From contig UQNQ01000001.1 of NCBI GenBank assembly GCA_900542425.1, positions 64,541 to 128,540 of the forward strand: a DNA stretch of 64,000 bases, given 5' to 3'. Shown piece after piece: positions 7,797-18,300 of the stretch. Below the pieces are notes generated by a model that was given only the letters and a program-made list of their open reading frames with translations, ran no database searches and was not told the DNA's origin. Within the stretch, counting starts at the first letter, position 1; every line of letters begins with the position of its first letter. The translations under genes and the position numbers were made by a program. The stretch comes from an uncultured Eubacteriales bacterium. Lineage in GTDB: Bacteria; Bacillota; Clostridia; Oscillospirales; CAG-272.

Positions 7797-8477
7797 TTAA
7801 TCTTCGTAATACGTTTCGTCATCAATAGGGGTTACAGTGACATAAGTGAGCGGATTTTCGCATGCGTCATCTTTATAGATTTCAAAATGAAGATGAGGAG
7901 ACTGTGATATTTCTACAAGTGCGGTATCACCGACGGCACCGATTTCATCGCCTGCCTCCACGACAGCTCCCTCAACAATTCCTTCCGGGATATTTGTCTG
8001 CAGGTTTCTGTATACGGATTTATATCCTGAAGCATGAGAAATCACGATGGTTTGTCCCATCATGGGGTCAAATTCTACACTCTCAATGATCCCGTCCGCC
8101 GCTGCATAGACGGGGGTTCCGGCGTCGGCCTCAATGTCAACGCCCAAATGCACGCGGTAGTCTTCCATTGTGTCGGAATATACCGGAATTTCGGCAGACC
8201 ACTCCTTTGATATGTTGCCGTTTGTCATAGGAGAAATGAAAGTTACCTCGTCGGCAACAATGGGCTTATCATCAGGATCGGTTGTGGTTTCTTCCGGATT
8301 CGGATTTTTTGTCGTCTGATTCGTATTCTGTGTGCCGGTGGTATTGGAAGGACCGGGTTTAGAACGTCTGCTGGATACGACGGCAATTACGGTAATGCAG
8401 ATTGCGGCGACAACAAGAAGCGCCAGCCCAATGGTAAGTCCACGCGTCATCTGCTTTTTCTTTTGATTTTGATTCAT
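7797..8477 (-). CDS. Membrane-anchored M23/LytM family metallopeptidase
   Basis: N-terminal TM (GLTIGLALLVVAAICITVIAVV). M23 motifs HLGVD (HxxxD) and SPHLHFEI (HxH) are intact. The start is moved to MNQNQKKK at 8477. Confidence 0.85.
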   Translation of the reverse strand: MNQNQKKKQMTRGLTIGLALLVVAAICITVIAVVSSRRSKPGPSNTTGTQNTNQTTKNPNPEETTTDPDDKPIVADEVTFISPMTNGNISKEWSAEIPVYSDTMEDYRVHLGVDIEADAGTPVYAAADGIIESVEFDPMMGQTIVISHASGYKSVYRNLQTNIPEGIVEGAVVEAGDEIGAVGDTALVEISQSPHLHFEIYKDDACENPLTYVTVTPIDDETYYED

Positions 8478-8602
8478 AAAAACAATTCCTTTCCGCCTTT
8501 CGGCTTTGTGAACTGTTTCTATTGTCGCCAAAATTTCGGGACTTATACACAAATATGAAAAAAATGCAGATTTTGAAAGGATTTTTGTGAAAAGGCAATC
8601 AT

Positions 8603-9247
8603 TCAGTCTGCAATCATGTATCCGCAGCCCCGCACGGTGGATATCAGTTTCATCCGAAACCGGTTGTCAATCTTTGTCCGAAGATAATTTACATAGACAT
8701 CTACAACATTTGTGTCTGAATTGATATCTCCGAATACTGCAGTGAGCGCTTCTTGTCGGGAAACGGGCTTTCCCTTGTTTTCAAGCAGCAGGCGAAGCAG
8801 GGCAAATTCTTTCGCGGTGAGATTGATTTTCTCTCCTTTATAATAAGCAGCGCGAATGGTTTCATCCAACGCAAGGAACTGAGAGGGATTTTTTCGTTTC
8901 TGCGAACGCAGTTCCTGTCTGTTGTCTTCCTCATGGGAAATGAAGACGGCATTCAAAAAATCTTCCATTACAAGCGGACGCACAACCGCGTAATAGCGAG
9001 TCAGCTCCTGCGTTGGGATACGGGCAAGTTCCTCGGGATAGCCGATTACTACCGTTTCGCACTGCCCGGGCAATAGAATCTTTGCATAAGACAGTAGTCC
9101 CGCGTCGATGACGGCAAGACGGATATCGTCCTGAATATCGATGTCGTCTTCTCCGGTGTAAAAAAGGCAGTCGATCCCCCGTTCGGAAAATTCCAGCTCA
9201 AGCATTCTGGCGTAGACGGCATCTCTCATTGCGATAAGAACCTTCAT
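8603..9247 (-). CDS. OmpR/PhoB-type winged-helix regulator with an atypical (pseudo-)receiver domain
   Basis: The C-terminal wHTH (LTAKEFALLRLLLENKGKPVSRQEAL...VDVYVNYLRTKID...VRGCGYM) is clear. The N-terminal receiver lacks the acidic pair, the Thr and the Lys by eye alignment. No histidine kinase is adjacent. Confidence 0.75.
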   Translation of the reverse strand: MKVLIAMRDAVYARMLELEFSERGIDCLFYTGEDDIDIQDDIRLAVIDAGLLSYAKILLPGQCETVVIGYPEELARIPTQELTRYYAVVRPLVMEDFLNAVFISHEEDNRQELRSQKRKNPSQFLALDETIRAAYYKGEKINLTAKEFALLRLLLENKGKPVSRQEALTAVFGDINSDTNVVDVYVNYLRTKIDNRFRMKLISTVRGCGYMIAD

Positions 9248-9264
9248 AACGGACTGCCTCCTTT

Positions 9265-11478
9265 TTATGATTTTTCTCCTGCTTTTTCAATGGATGTCCC
9301 TGTCGCGGGAACTTTTATTTTTCTGCATTTTTCAAAATTCCGGTATAATGTTTCCGGCGTACGGGTCGCGAGGATGACCTTCTGTCCTTTTTTCAGTGAA
9401 AACAGCGTTACGCCGGAAGCGGTTCTCGTTGCTTTTTCGGGAATCAGCTTTGTACTGATATAAATCGCTTTGCCGGCGTCGTTTACCAGCAAAAGGTCAA
9501 AGGGGGCGTCTTCATAAAATGCGCCGACAAGCGGGGAAGCGTCGGAATAGGCACCGACGAGCTTTTTGCGCGACGCTTTGGTTTCATAAGAGGATACAGG
9601 AATACGCACGCCCTTTCCGTTTTCGAACACATAGACAAAATAATGCTCTTTTTCATAAGAGGTGAGCGCCCGCATTGCCATAACGCGTTCTCCTTCGTCA
9701 AAGCCGAGCTTTGCCGGAACATAATCGCCGAGCTGGGAAGCTTTTTTAGGTTCAAATTCGCTGACCTTGGATTTGTAGATTTTTTGTTTGTCACTGACAA
9801 ACAAAAGCTCGGAAAGATTATCGGAATCCTCCGTCTGCATGATTTCATCTCCTGGTTTTAGTGCTTGCTCGTCACTGCCGCGCAGAGATTGAAGTGTGAT
9901 TTTCTTAAAATAGCCCTCGCGGGTCAGGAGCAGTTTTACGTTGTAATTTTCTACGAAGTCCTTTTCGTCATATTCTTCAACGCTGTCTTCAAAAATCAGC
10001 TTGGTTTTCCGCGGCACCGCATATTTTGCTTTAATTTGTTCAAGCTCCTTGATGATACGGTTTTTCAGCTTGCGCTCAGATTCGATGATGGATTTGAGCT
10101 CTGCAATTTCTTTTTGAAGCTGTTCAATTTCTTTGATGCGTTCAAGAATATATTCGCGGTTAAGGTGACGAAGCTTGATTTCCGCAATGTATTCCGCCTG
10201 TGCCTCGTCGATGCCAAAGCCTTCCATCAGATTGGGAACGACCTGCTCGTCTTTTTCCGTTTCCCGGACGATCCGAATTGCCTTATCGATATCAAGCAGA
10301 ATTTCGCCGAGTCCGAGCAGAAGGTGAAGCTTTTCGCATTTTTTGTCGAGATCAAAAGACAATTCTCTTTTGACGCAGTTCATACGGAACCGGATCCATT
10401 CGTCGAGGATGCCGCGTAGGCCGAGTCCTCGGGGGGCACCGTCAATCAGTACGTTGAAATTACAGGAAAAAGCGTCCTGAAGAGGTGTTTTTTTATAGAG
10501 CTTTGTCATCAGTTTGTCGGGATCGGTTCCGCGGCGGAGATCAAGGGTCAGCTTGAAGCCGTTGAGATCGATTTCGTCGCGCACGTCGGTGACTTCTTTG
10601 AGCGAGCCTGCTTTGATCATGTCCGTGAGTTTTTTGATAATTACCTCGATAGAAGTGGAATAGGGAATCTCCACAATATCGATACAGCCTGCATCTTTGT
10701 CATAAACATAGCGGGCACGAAGGGTGATGTTGCCGCGTCCGGTCTCATAGACCTCACGCATGCGGTCTCGGTTGTAGATAAGCAGTCCGCCAACGGAAAA
10801 ATCCGGCGCCTTGATGAGCTCCAGCAGCTCATCGGTTGTTGTGTCCGGGTTTTTTAAGACGGCAATGGTACCGTCGCAGACCTCTCCGAGATTGAAAGAG
10901 CAGATTTGACTTGCCATGCCGACGGCGATGCCCATGTTGGGAGAAACGAGAATATTCGGAAAAGCTGTAGGGAGCAGGACAGGCTCTTTCATTGTATTGT
11001 CATAATTATCGACAAAATCGACGGCGTTTTTATCAATGCCGCGGAAAATTTCATTGCAGATGGGATCGAGTTTGACCTCTGTGTAACGGGATGCGGCAAA
11101 CGCCATATCACGGCTGTATACCTTCCCGAAGCTTCCTTTGGAGTCGACGAGCGGATGAAGCAGCGCTTCGTTTCCGCGTGTCAGGCGGACAAGCGTTTCA
11201 TAAATCGCCATATCTCCGTGAGGATTGAGACGCATGGTTTGTCCCACAACATTTGCGCTTTTGGTGCGGTGACCGGTGAGAAGTCCCATTTTATACATCG
11301 TGTAAAGCAGCTTGCGGTGAGATGGCTTGAATCCGTCGATTTCCGGAATGGCACGGGATACGATGACGCTCATGACATACGGCATATAATTTTTCTCAAT
11401 CGTATCGGTGATGGGCTGAAGTGTGATTTCAGCGGGGACGATCTCTTTTTTTTCGGGCTTTTTTCTGGATTTTGCCAT
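9265..11478 (-). CDS. Type IIA DNA topoisomerase subunit A (ParC/GyrA-like, short C-terminal domain)
   Basis: Motifs YMPYVMSVIVSRAIPEIDGFKPSHRK, HPHGD-like NPHGDMAIYETLVRL, and the catalytic Tyr context AASRYTEVKL. At 737 aa, no GyrA-box was noticed. Confidence 0.9.
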   Translation of the reverse strand: MAKSRKKPEKKEIVPAEITLQPITDTIEKNYMPYVMSVIVSRAIPEIDGFKPSHRKLLYTMYKMGLLTGHRTKSANVVGQTMRLNPHGDMAIYETLVRLTRGNEALLHPLVDSKGSFGKVYSRDMAFAASRYTEVKLDPICNEIFRGIDKNAVDFVDNYDNTMKEPVLLPTAFPNILVSPNMGIAVGMASQICSFNLGEVCDGTIAVLKNPDTTTDELLELIKAPDFSVGGLLIYNRDRMREVYETGRGNITLRARYVYDKDAGCIDIVEIPYSTSIEVIIKKLTDMIKAGSLKEVTDVRDEIDLNGFKLTLDLRRGTDPDKLMTKLYKKTPLQDAFSCNFNVLIDGAPRGLGLRGILDEWIRFRMNCVKRELSFDLDKKCEKLHLLLGLGEILLDIDKAIRIVRETEKDEQVVPNLMEGFGIDEAQAEYIAEIKLRHLNREYILERIKEIEQLQKEIAELKSIIESERKLKNRIIKELEQIKAKYAVPRKTKLIFEDSVEEYDEKDFVENYNVKLLLTREGYFKKITLQSLRGSDEQALKPGDEIMQTEDSDNLSELLFVSDKQKIYKSKVSEFEPKKASQLGDYVPAKLGFDEGERVMAMRALTSYEKEHYFVYVFENGKGVRIPVSSYETKASRKKLVGAYSDASPLVGAFYEDAPFDLLLVNDAGKAIYISTKLIPEKATRTASGVTLFSLKKGQKVILATRTPETLYRNFEKCRKIKVPATGTSIEKAGEKS

Positions 11479-11498
11479 ATGATCGTTCTTTCCTTTCG

Positions 11499-13493
11499 TT
11501 AAATGTCTGCCTCGGCAATGTATTCCTTGCCGTATGCCGCGATGAAGCGCTTGCGTTCATCAAGATCGTCGCCGAGCAGAGTTTCGAAAATGTATTCGGT
11601 TTTTTCCCTGTCTGCTTCCATGACCTTGATCAGCCGACGTGTTTCCGGATTCATGGTTGTCCGCCACATCATGTCCGGTTCATTTTCGCCAAGTCCCTTG
11701 GAACGCTGAAGCGTATATTTGGCATTTCCGAGTTTGGATACAATTTGCGCTTTTTCGTTTTCATCATAGGCGAAATAGATATTGTCCTTACAGGTGATTT
11801 CATATAGAGGAGATTCTGCGATATAAACTTTGCCTTCCTTGATCAGGGTGGGAAGAAGCCGGTAGAACAAAGTAAGCAGCAGTGTGCGAATCTGAAAGCC
11901 GTCCTCGTCGGCATCGGTACAGATGATGATTTTACTCCATTTCAGCTGGGAAAGATCAAAAACGCCCTGCGTGTTGCCTTTTGCCTTGACTTCGACGCCA
12001 CAGCCGATCACTTTCAGAAGATCAACGATAATGTCGCTTTTGAAAATCCGGTCATAGCCTGCCTTCAAACAGTTCAGCGTTTTCCCGCGGACCGGGATAA
12101 TTGCCTGAAATTCGGCGTCCCGTCCGAGTTTACAGGATGTCATAGCGGAGTCGCCTTCTACAATATAGACCTCCCGGCGTTCGGGATCCTTGCTCCGGCA
12201 GGCAACGAATTTTTCTACCCGGTTTGCCAGATCATTTTGCGAGGAAAGCTTCTTTTTCAGATTGAGTCTTGTGCTTTCCGCGTTTTCGCGGCTGCGCTTA
12301 TTCACCAATACCTGAGAGGTGATTCTTTCCGCATCGGCGGGATTTTCAATAAAATAGATTTCGAGCTGATGCTTTAAAAAGTTTGTCAGCGTCTCCGTGA
12401 TAAATTCGTTTGAAATCGCTTTTTTTGTTTGATTTTCATAAGAGGTCTGCGTGGAAAAGCTGTTGATGATAAGGACCAGACAGTCCTCGATATCACCGAA
12501 TGTAATTTTGCTTTCGTTTTTGTTGTATTTTCCTGCCGTTTTCAGATATTTGTCGATGGCATAAACAAAAGCGGCACGCGTAGCTTTATCGGGAGAACCT
12601 CCGTGTTCGAGAAAGCTCGAGTTATGGTAATATTCAATCAGGTTTACCGTATTGGAAAAGCAAAAGGCGATTTCCGCTTTAAAGCTGTATTCGGGTTTAT
12701 CTGCGCGGTCGCGTCCCTTGGCTTCCGTTTTCCAAAGCACGGGAGGTGTCAGTGCGGTGTCTCCGACGGTACGGAGAATCTGATCCTCAATGCCGTGCTC
12801 ATAATAGAATTCCTTTTCTTCAAAGGTACCGTCCGCATTCTGAAAGCGGAAATGAAAATGCAAACCGGCATTGACGATTGCCTGCTTGTCTAATATGGTT
12901 TCATAGTATTCCCTCGGAATGTCGGTGGAGGTGAAAACCTCAAGATCCGGCTTCCAGTAAACGACGGTACCGGTTCGCTGTTCTTTCTTTGACAGAAGAG
13001 GCGTGCGGATAAGCTCACCGTCCGGTTCGCCTTTTTTGAAATTCATTTCGAGCATTTCTGTGCCCCGGTATGACTGTACTTTCATGAATTCCGAACTGTA
13101 TTGGGTGGCGGCGGCACCGAGACCGTTGAGTCCCAGCGAATATTTATAGAGCGCTTCCTCTCCGTCGTTGTTGTTGTATTTGCTTCCTGCGTATAGCTCG
13201 CAGTAAACGAGCTCCCAGTTGTACTTTCCTTCGTTTTCATTGAAGTCAAGCGGAACCCCCCGCCCAAAATCCTCGATCCGGATGGAACCGTCATGATAGG
13301 CGGTGACATTGATTTTGTTGCCGTACCCCTCTCTTGCTTCGTCTACGGCGTTGGAGAGGATTTCAAATACGGAATGCTCGCAGCCCTCGAGTCCGTCCGA
13401 ACCGAAGATGACTGCCGGACGGCTGCGAACTCTTGCCGCGCCTTTGAGCATCGTAATGCTTTTGTCATCATATGTGTTGCTTTTTTTTGCCAT
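11499..13493 (-). CDS. Type IIA DNA topoisomerase subunit B (ParE/GyrB-like)
   Basis: GHKL N-box EILSNAVDEA and Toprim motifs EGDSA, PVRGK and DADEDG. The start is moved to MAKKSNTYDD at 13493, after AAGGAG. Confidence 0.9.
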   Translation of the reverse strand: MAKKSNTYDDKSITMLKGAARVRSRPAVIFGSDGLEGCEHSVFEILSNAVDEAREGYGNKINVTAYHDGSIRIEDFGRGVPLDFNENEGKYNWELVYCELYAGSKYNNNDGEEALYKYSLGLNGLGAAATQYSSEFMKVQSYRGTEMLEMNFKKGEPDGELIRTPLLSKKEQRTGTVVYWKPDLEVFTSTDIPREYYETILDKQAIVNAGLHFHFRFQNADGTFEEKEFYYEHGIEDQILRTVGDTALTPPVLWKTEAKGRDRADKPEYSFKAEIAFCFSNTVNLIEYYHNSSFLEHGGSPDKATRAAFVYAIDKYLKTAGKYNKNESKITFGDIEDCLVLIINSFSTQTSYENQTKKAISNEFITETLTNFLKHQLEIYFIENPADAERITSQVLVNKRSRENAESTRLNLKKKLSSQNDLANRVEKFVACRSKDPERREVYIVEGDSAMTSCKLGRDAEFQAIIPVRGKTLNCLKAGYDRIFKSDIIVDLLKVIGCGVEVKAKGNTQGVFDLSQLKWSKIIICTDADEDGFQIRTLLLTLFYRLLPTLIKEGKVYIAESPLYEITCKDNIYFAYDENEKAQIVSKLGNAKYTLQRSKGLGENEPDMMWRTTMNPETRRLIKVMEADREKTEYIFETLLGDDLDERKRFIAAYGKEYIAEADI

Positions 13494-13773
13494 ATCGTCT
13501 CCTTCACGCCGAATGCCGGCGGCAAATATAAAATGGAAAATGAGCAAATTCCTAAGTTTTTTTGTGCGAAAATTCCGTATAACTTTTTTCTTCATGTTGA
13601 TTTATCGGAATTTTCTGCTATAATAAAAGCCATACAGAAAGATTGCTTTTTTGGAAAAGCGGCGGGATCACCGCCGGAAAAAAGGGGGACTGTATTGTCT
13701 CCATATATACATTATAGCACATATATCTTGTGTAATCAAGGGAAAAATTTGCGAAAGGAACGGAAGATATGGG

Positions 13774-14595
13774 ATGCGGGACTTACTCAAAACTGTTTTT
13801 GCCAAAGAAAAAATAGAATATTTCGGTGTGATTCCGTTTTCGGCTTGCACCTGCCGCAGACCGGATGTCATAGAACGCCGTGGCGTTTCCGCCGAAAAGA
13901 TTCAGACGGCAATCATCTTTCTGATTCCTTATTTTGTAAACGACGGAGAAGGAAACGTTTCGTTTTATGCACGTTCCCGCGATTATCACGTATATTGTGA
14001 AGGATTGTTTTCACGTATCATCCCAATATTAGAAAAGCAATACGGAGAACGATTTCTCGGCTTTGCGGATAAGTCGCCGATCCGAGAAAATCTTGCTGCT
14101 TCCATGGCGGGACTTGGTGTTATCGGAGACAATTTTATGCTGATCAACGAAAAATACGGCTCTTTTGTTTTTGTTGCGGAAATTCTTTCCGGTGTCCTGC
14201 CGGAGACTTTGGGCTTTTCCGGTGGGACACCTGCGCCTTCTTTTTGTTCTCACTGCGGCGTATGCCGCAGCGCCTGTCCCATGACAAAAGACGGACTGGA
14301 GTGCCTGTCCGCCGTAACACAGAAAAAGGGACTGCTTACCGCAGAGGAAGAAGCTTATCTAAAAAAATACGGATATGCGTGGGGCTGTGATATCTGCCAG
14401 CTTGCCTGTCCGATGACAAAAGCGGCGCTGACATCCGGTGTGCAGACGCCGATTGCCTTTTTTCATGAGGATAGGATTCCCGTCCTGACAAAAAAGAGAC
14501 TTTCCGATATGGATGAGGAGGAATTTCGCCGCCGTGCGTTTTCTTGGCGTGGCAGGGAGCCGCTGCTGCGCAATCTGGATATTTTTGAAAAATAA
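13774..14595 (+). CDS. QueG-like 4Fe-4S protein (putative epoxyqueuosine reductase family)
   Basis: Two ferredoxin-type motifs, CSHCGVCRSACPM and CDICQLACPM, plus SRDYH and GFADKSPI blocks. The start is moved to MRDLLKT at 13774. Confidence 0.6.
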   Translation: MRDLLKTVFAKEKIEYFGVIPFSACTCRRPDVIERRGVSAEKIQTAIIFLIPYFVNDGEGNVSFYARSRDYHVYCEGLFSRIIPILEKQYGERFLGFADKSPIRENLAASMAGLGVIGDNFMLINEKYGSFVFVAEILSGVLPETLGFSGGTPAPSFCSHCGVCRSACPMTKDGLECLSAVTQKKGLLTAEEEAYLKKYGYAWGCDICQLACPMTKAALTSGVQTPIAFFHEDRIPVLTKKRLSDMDEEEFRRRAFSWRGREPLLRNLDIFEK

Positions 14596-14640
14596 TGTTG
14601 TATATTTTTAACCTCAGCGATACAAATTAAATCCTAAGAG

Positions 14641-15360
14641 GTGAAAAATTTGACAGAAAAGGAAATTCGCAAACAACTGCGCCAATTAAAATCAGAAAAT
14701 CGTCGGCTGCGGCGTGAAAACGAATATTTGCGTCACCGAACGGTACAGCTTGGAGACAGGGGTGCCGCCCGGGACGGAGAATCTTCGGCTGTTATGCAGG
14801 ACGCGGTCCGTAATCTTACCGTATCGCGGTCGAGAACGTATTTCGGTTATCTGATGCTTTCGCTGAAGTCGAGCCGCGCTTTCCGGTTCTACGACCGAAC
14901 ATCGTTTGCCGTGAGAAATCTTTTTTTTGCGTCCAAGCTGTGGACAATTGTCACGGGGATTGCCGCGGTCCTCGGAATCAGCGCACAAGTGATTCTGACG
15001 CTTGGAATTCTTACGGTTTTGCTGCCTGCGGCGCTTGTCTTGTCTGCGGTGGTGGCGGTAGTCGGCTTTTTTGCGCATAAAAAATGGAACCGCGCATTTG
15101 AACGGATTTTTGCCGGACAGCGTTTATATGTTCTGTTTGCGCCGAAGCGGCATCGCGGAAGCGGATATTTTTCTGCTATGGTGCGGGATTTTTCAGAAGA
15201 AGGCGTTGTGCTTGTCGTTTCCCGTTCGCTTTCTTTTTGCGGATTTTCCGGTGCGAGAGCGGTTGGGGGAAATGTTTATCTGATTCATACCAGCTATTAT
15301 TTCTCGCTTGCAAAGCGGTTTGGAATTTCGGGTACGAAACGGATTGTTAAAATCACATGA
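14641..15360 (+). CDS. Hypothetical membrane protein with an N-terminal basic coiled-coil
   Basis: GTG start after TAAGAGG. It has KEIRKQLRQLKSENRRLRRENEYLRHR, then two to three hydrophobic helices. It ends 15 nt before addB. I recognise no family. Confidence 0.5.
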   Translation: MKNLTEKEIRKQLRQLKSENRRLRRENEYLRHRTVQLGDRGAARDGESSAVMQDAVRNLTVSRSRTYFGYLMLSLKSSRAFRFYDRTSFAVRNLFFASKLWTIVTGIAAVLGISAQVILTLGILTVLLPAALVLSAVVAVVGFFAHKKWNRAFERIFAGQRLYVLFAPKRHRGSGYFSAMVRDFSEEGVVLVVSRSLSFCGFSGARAVGGNVYLIHTSYYFSLAKRFGISGTKRIVKIT

Positions 15361-15375
15361 AGGAGGTGTGCGTCG

Positions 15376-18300
15376 ATGATCGGGTTTGTTTACGGCAGAA
15401 GCGGTTCGGGAAAAAGCGAATGGATAGATTCCCGGATGTCAGAGGCGGCGAGGACAGGACATGTGTTTCTGCTTGTGCCGGACAGGGAAGCGGTTGCGGC
15501 AGAGAGCCGTGCTGCAGATGTCGGAAATGCCGGAAACATCGACGTTGTCACCTTCCGGCGTCTTTGCAATTATATATTCCGACGATATGGCGGACTTTGT
15601 GCGGATTACATCGGCGCCGGAGCAAAAAAGCTGATGATGCGCAATGTTCTTGAGGCGCTTTCTCCTACACTTTCGGAGTATGGAGGCACCTGCGGATTGG
15701 GACTGATTGAAAAGCTGACGGCAGTGCGGTCTGAACTGTATCAGAATAAAATTACGCCGGGCGAGCTTGCCCATGCGGCCGATTCATTTGACGAGCATTC
15801 GCCGATTCGAGCGAAAACCTCCGATTTGAGTGTCATTTTTGCAGCGTTTGACGCGGAGATTGCCGCGAAATGGGAGGACCCGGACGGGATCCTTTCCAAA
15901 GCGTCAAACCTTTTGAGCGAAAACGATTTTTTTTGCGGCAGTACGGTTTTTATTGACTCTTTCACTTCTTTTTCAGCGCAGCAGTATGATATTTTGTTCT
16001 ATATGATATCCGGTGCGAAGGACGTATACATAACTTTGCCGTATCTGCCGGACGAGGCGGATGATATTTCTGCAGGATTGATTGCTGATACGGACCGCAG
16101 ACTCCGCCGCACAGCGCAGCGTGCAGGGAAAATAAACGAAATAAGAGACATTTCTTTACGAGGAACCCGGCGGTACCACAGCGGAGAGCTCGCCTTCCTT
16201 TCCGAGCATATTGCGGGTACCGGCAGCGTGCACACGTTTTGGGAGAAGACGCCGAAGGATATCCGCCTTCTGCGCGCGGCGAATGCGTTTGCGGAATCGG
16301 AGGCGGCGGCAATTGATATTCTGCGTCTTGTACGCGGCGGAGCAAGATACCGGGAGATTGCTGTTATTGTACGTGATGCGGCACAGGCAGAAGGCGTTAC
16401 AGATGCTGTGTTCCGGAAATATGAAATTCCGTATTTTCTTTCCGACCGCGTGGAAATGACGGAAAAACCGCTCGTGAAGCTGATTTTTTCCGCTTTTGCC
16501 GTTTGTGAGAGAGGTTTCCGGGGAGAAGATGTTATCTCTTATATCAAAACGGGACTTGCAGGTATTACTGCAGATGAGATAAGCCTTTTTGAAAATTATA
16601 TTGTCAAATGGAATTTGCGCGGTAAGAGGATTTACGGAGAGGACGAATGGAACATGAGTCCTCACGGCTATGGGGCATCTTTAACGGAGGAGGACAGGCA
16701 CACCCTTATCTTGCTTTCGGATATCCGCCGTCGCGTGGTTTCTCCGCTCAAAGCGTTCAGCGCCGCCGGACGCACGGTGAAAACGGTCAGAGACCGTGCG
16801 GCGCTGCTGTTCGATTTTTTGTCCGGACTCGGCGTGCCGGAAGCGCTGATGACGCAGGCAGAGAAAGCCAAGGCTTGCGGGGATATGGCTTATGCCTCTG
16901 AAACGGTTCAGCTTTGGAATGTTTTCTGCGGTGCGCTGGACCAACTTGTCGTATCCTCGGGAGATGCGGAAGTGCAGATCCCGGAGTTTTCGCAGATGCT
17001 CCAGATGATTCTTCTTGAAACGGATATCGGAAAAATCCCAACATCCGTGGACGAGGTTACCATTTCTTCGGCTTCGCAAACTGTGCCGGGGCATCCGAAA
17101 TATGTATATCTTCTCGGTGCAAACGAAGGGGTTTTCCCTCAGAGAGTGGGAGAAAACGGACTTTTCTCAGAGTATGAAAAGCTTCAGCTTGAAAAACAGG
17201 GCATTGCGTTTACGGACAGAACGGAGCGCCGGATTGCGGAGGAACTGTATTATTTTTACCGTGCGGCATCGCTGCCGTCGGAGCGGTTGTTTGTCAGTTT
17301 TGCCCATTATTCGCTTTCTGGAACGGAGCAGAGGGAATCCGTTGGTGTCAAGCGCATCCGCGCTCTGTTCCCGAAGCTTGAAATTTTCGATTTTGAACTT
17401 TCCGATCCTGTGGACTTGATTGAAGGACGGGCAGCGTCTTTTGAGTGTGCTCTCACGGATGACGGAAATCTCGGACGCGCACTGCGCGAATATTATGAGG
17501 CGGACGATACTTATGCGGAAAAACTGAAATATGCAAAAATGCCTCTTTCCGCTGTGGACTGCCGGCTTTCTCCCGCCTGTGCCGATGAACTGTTCGGCGG
17601 GGGACTTTCTACCAGCTATACAAGACTGGAAAGGTATATCAAATGCAGATTTTCTTATTTCTGTGAATATGAGCTGAAACTTCAGGACAGCATGCCGGTT
17701 CGTTTTGGTCCGGTGGATATCGGAAGTTTTCTGCATGTGGTATTGGAAAAAACAGTGCAGTGGATCGCAGACGGCGGCACGGAGGAGCTTTCTGCGAGAA
17801 TCGACGCCATTGCCAAAGAGTATATTGCGTCCGTTTTTCATGCTGATGCTGCTGTGCTGCCTGGGCGATTCCGGCATTTATTCCGTTATCTGTGCCGCAG
17901 CGCTCTGCTGTTTGCCAGGCGTATCAAGGAAGAGATGGATGTTTCCTCGTTCCGTCCGTGTGATTTTGAACTGGTGATCGGACAGGGACGCGGAGCTGTT
18001 CTGCCGATGAAGCTGGAAGGAGACGGCGTGTCCGTTTCTTTGCGCGGCAAAATCGACAGGGTGGACGCTTATGAGGGAGATGGGAAGCTGTATCTCCGAG
18101 TCGTGGACTACAAAACGGGCGATAAAATATTCGATATCCGGAATGTAAAGCTGGGACTCGATATGCAAATGCTCCTATATCTTTTTTCCCTTTGGGAAAA
18201 CGGCGAAGAACACTATGGGAAACCGATTGCTCCTGCGGGTGTGCTCTATTCCGGGATAAAACCGCCGCAGGTTGATTTGAAAGTCGGCGAGGAGACGGAA

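Noticed and set aside
7556-7825. 65-aa ORFs on both strands in the AT-rich spacer upstream of lipoprotein paralogue B.
   Set aside because: They have no SD and a hydrophobic, low-complexity composition, and they overlap the M23 terminator. They are probably non-coding promoter or spacer DNA.
7797-8477. Considered calling the membrane-anchored M23 peptidase SpoIIQ.
   Set aside because: The architecture (N-terminal TM plus LytM domain) is compatible. However, I found no convincing SigF-type promoter, and the domain layout is shared by many non-sporulation M23 proteins, so the generic call is kept.
13494-13595. N-terminal extensions offered by the ORF track, such as 13494-13595 on the topoisomerase B subunit. 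Others are 29764-29934 on hslO, 13651-13773, 8478-8552, 51720-51791 and 54124-54192.
   Set aside because: The conserved family N-termini begin at internal ATG/GTG codons that have proper SD spacing. The extensions have no SD and read as junk sequence.
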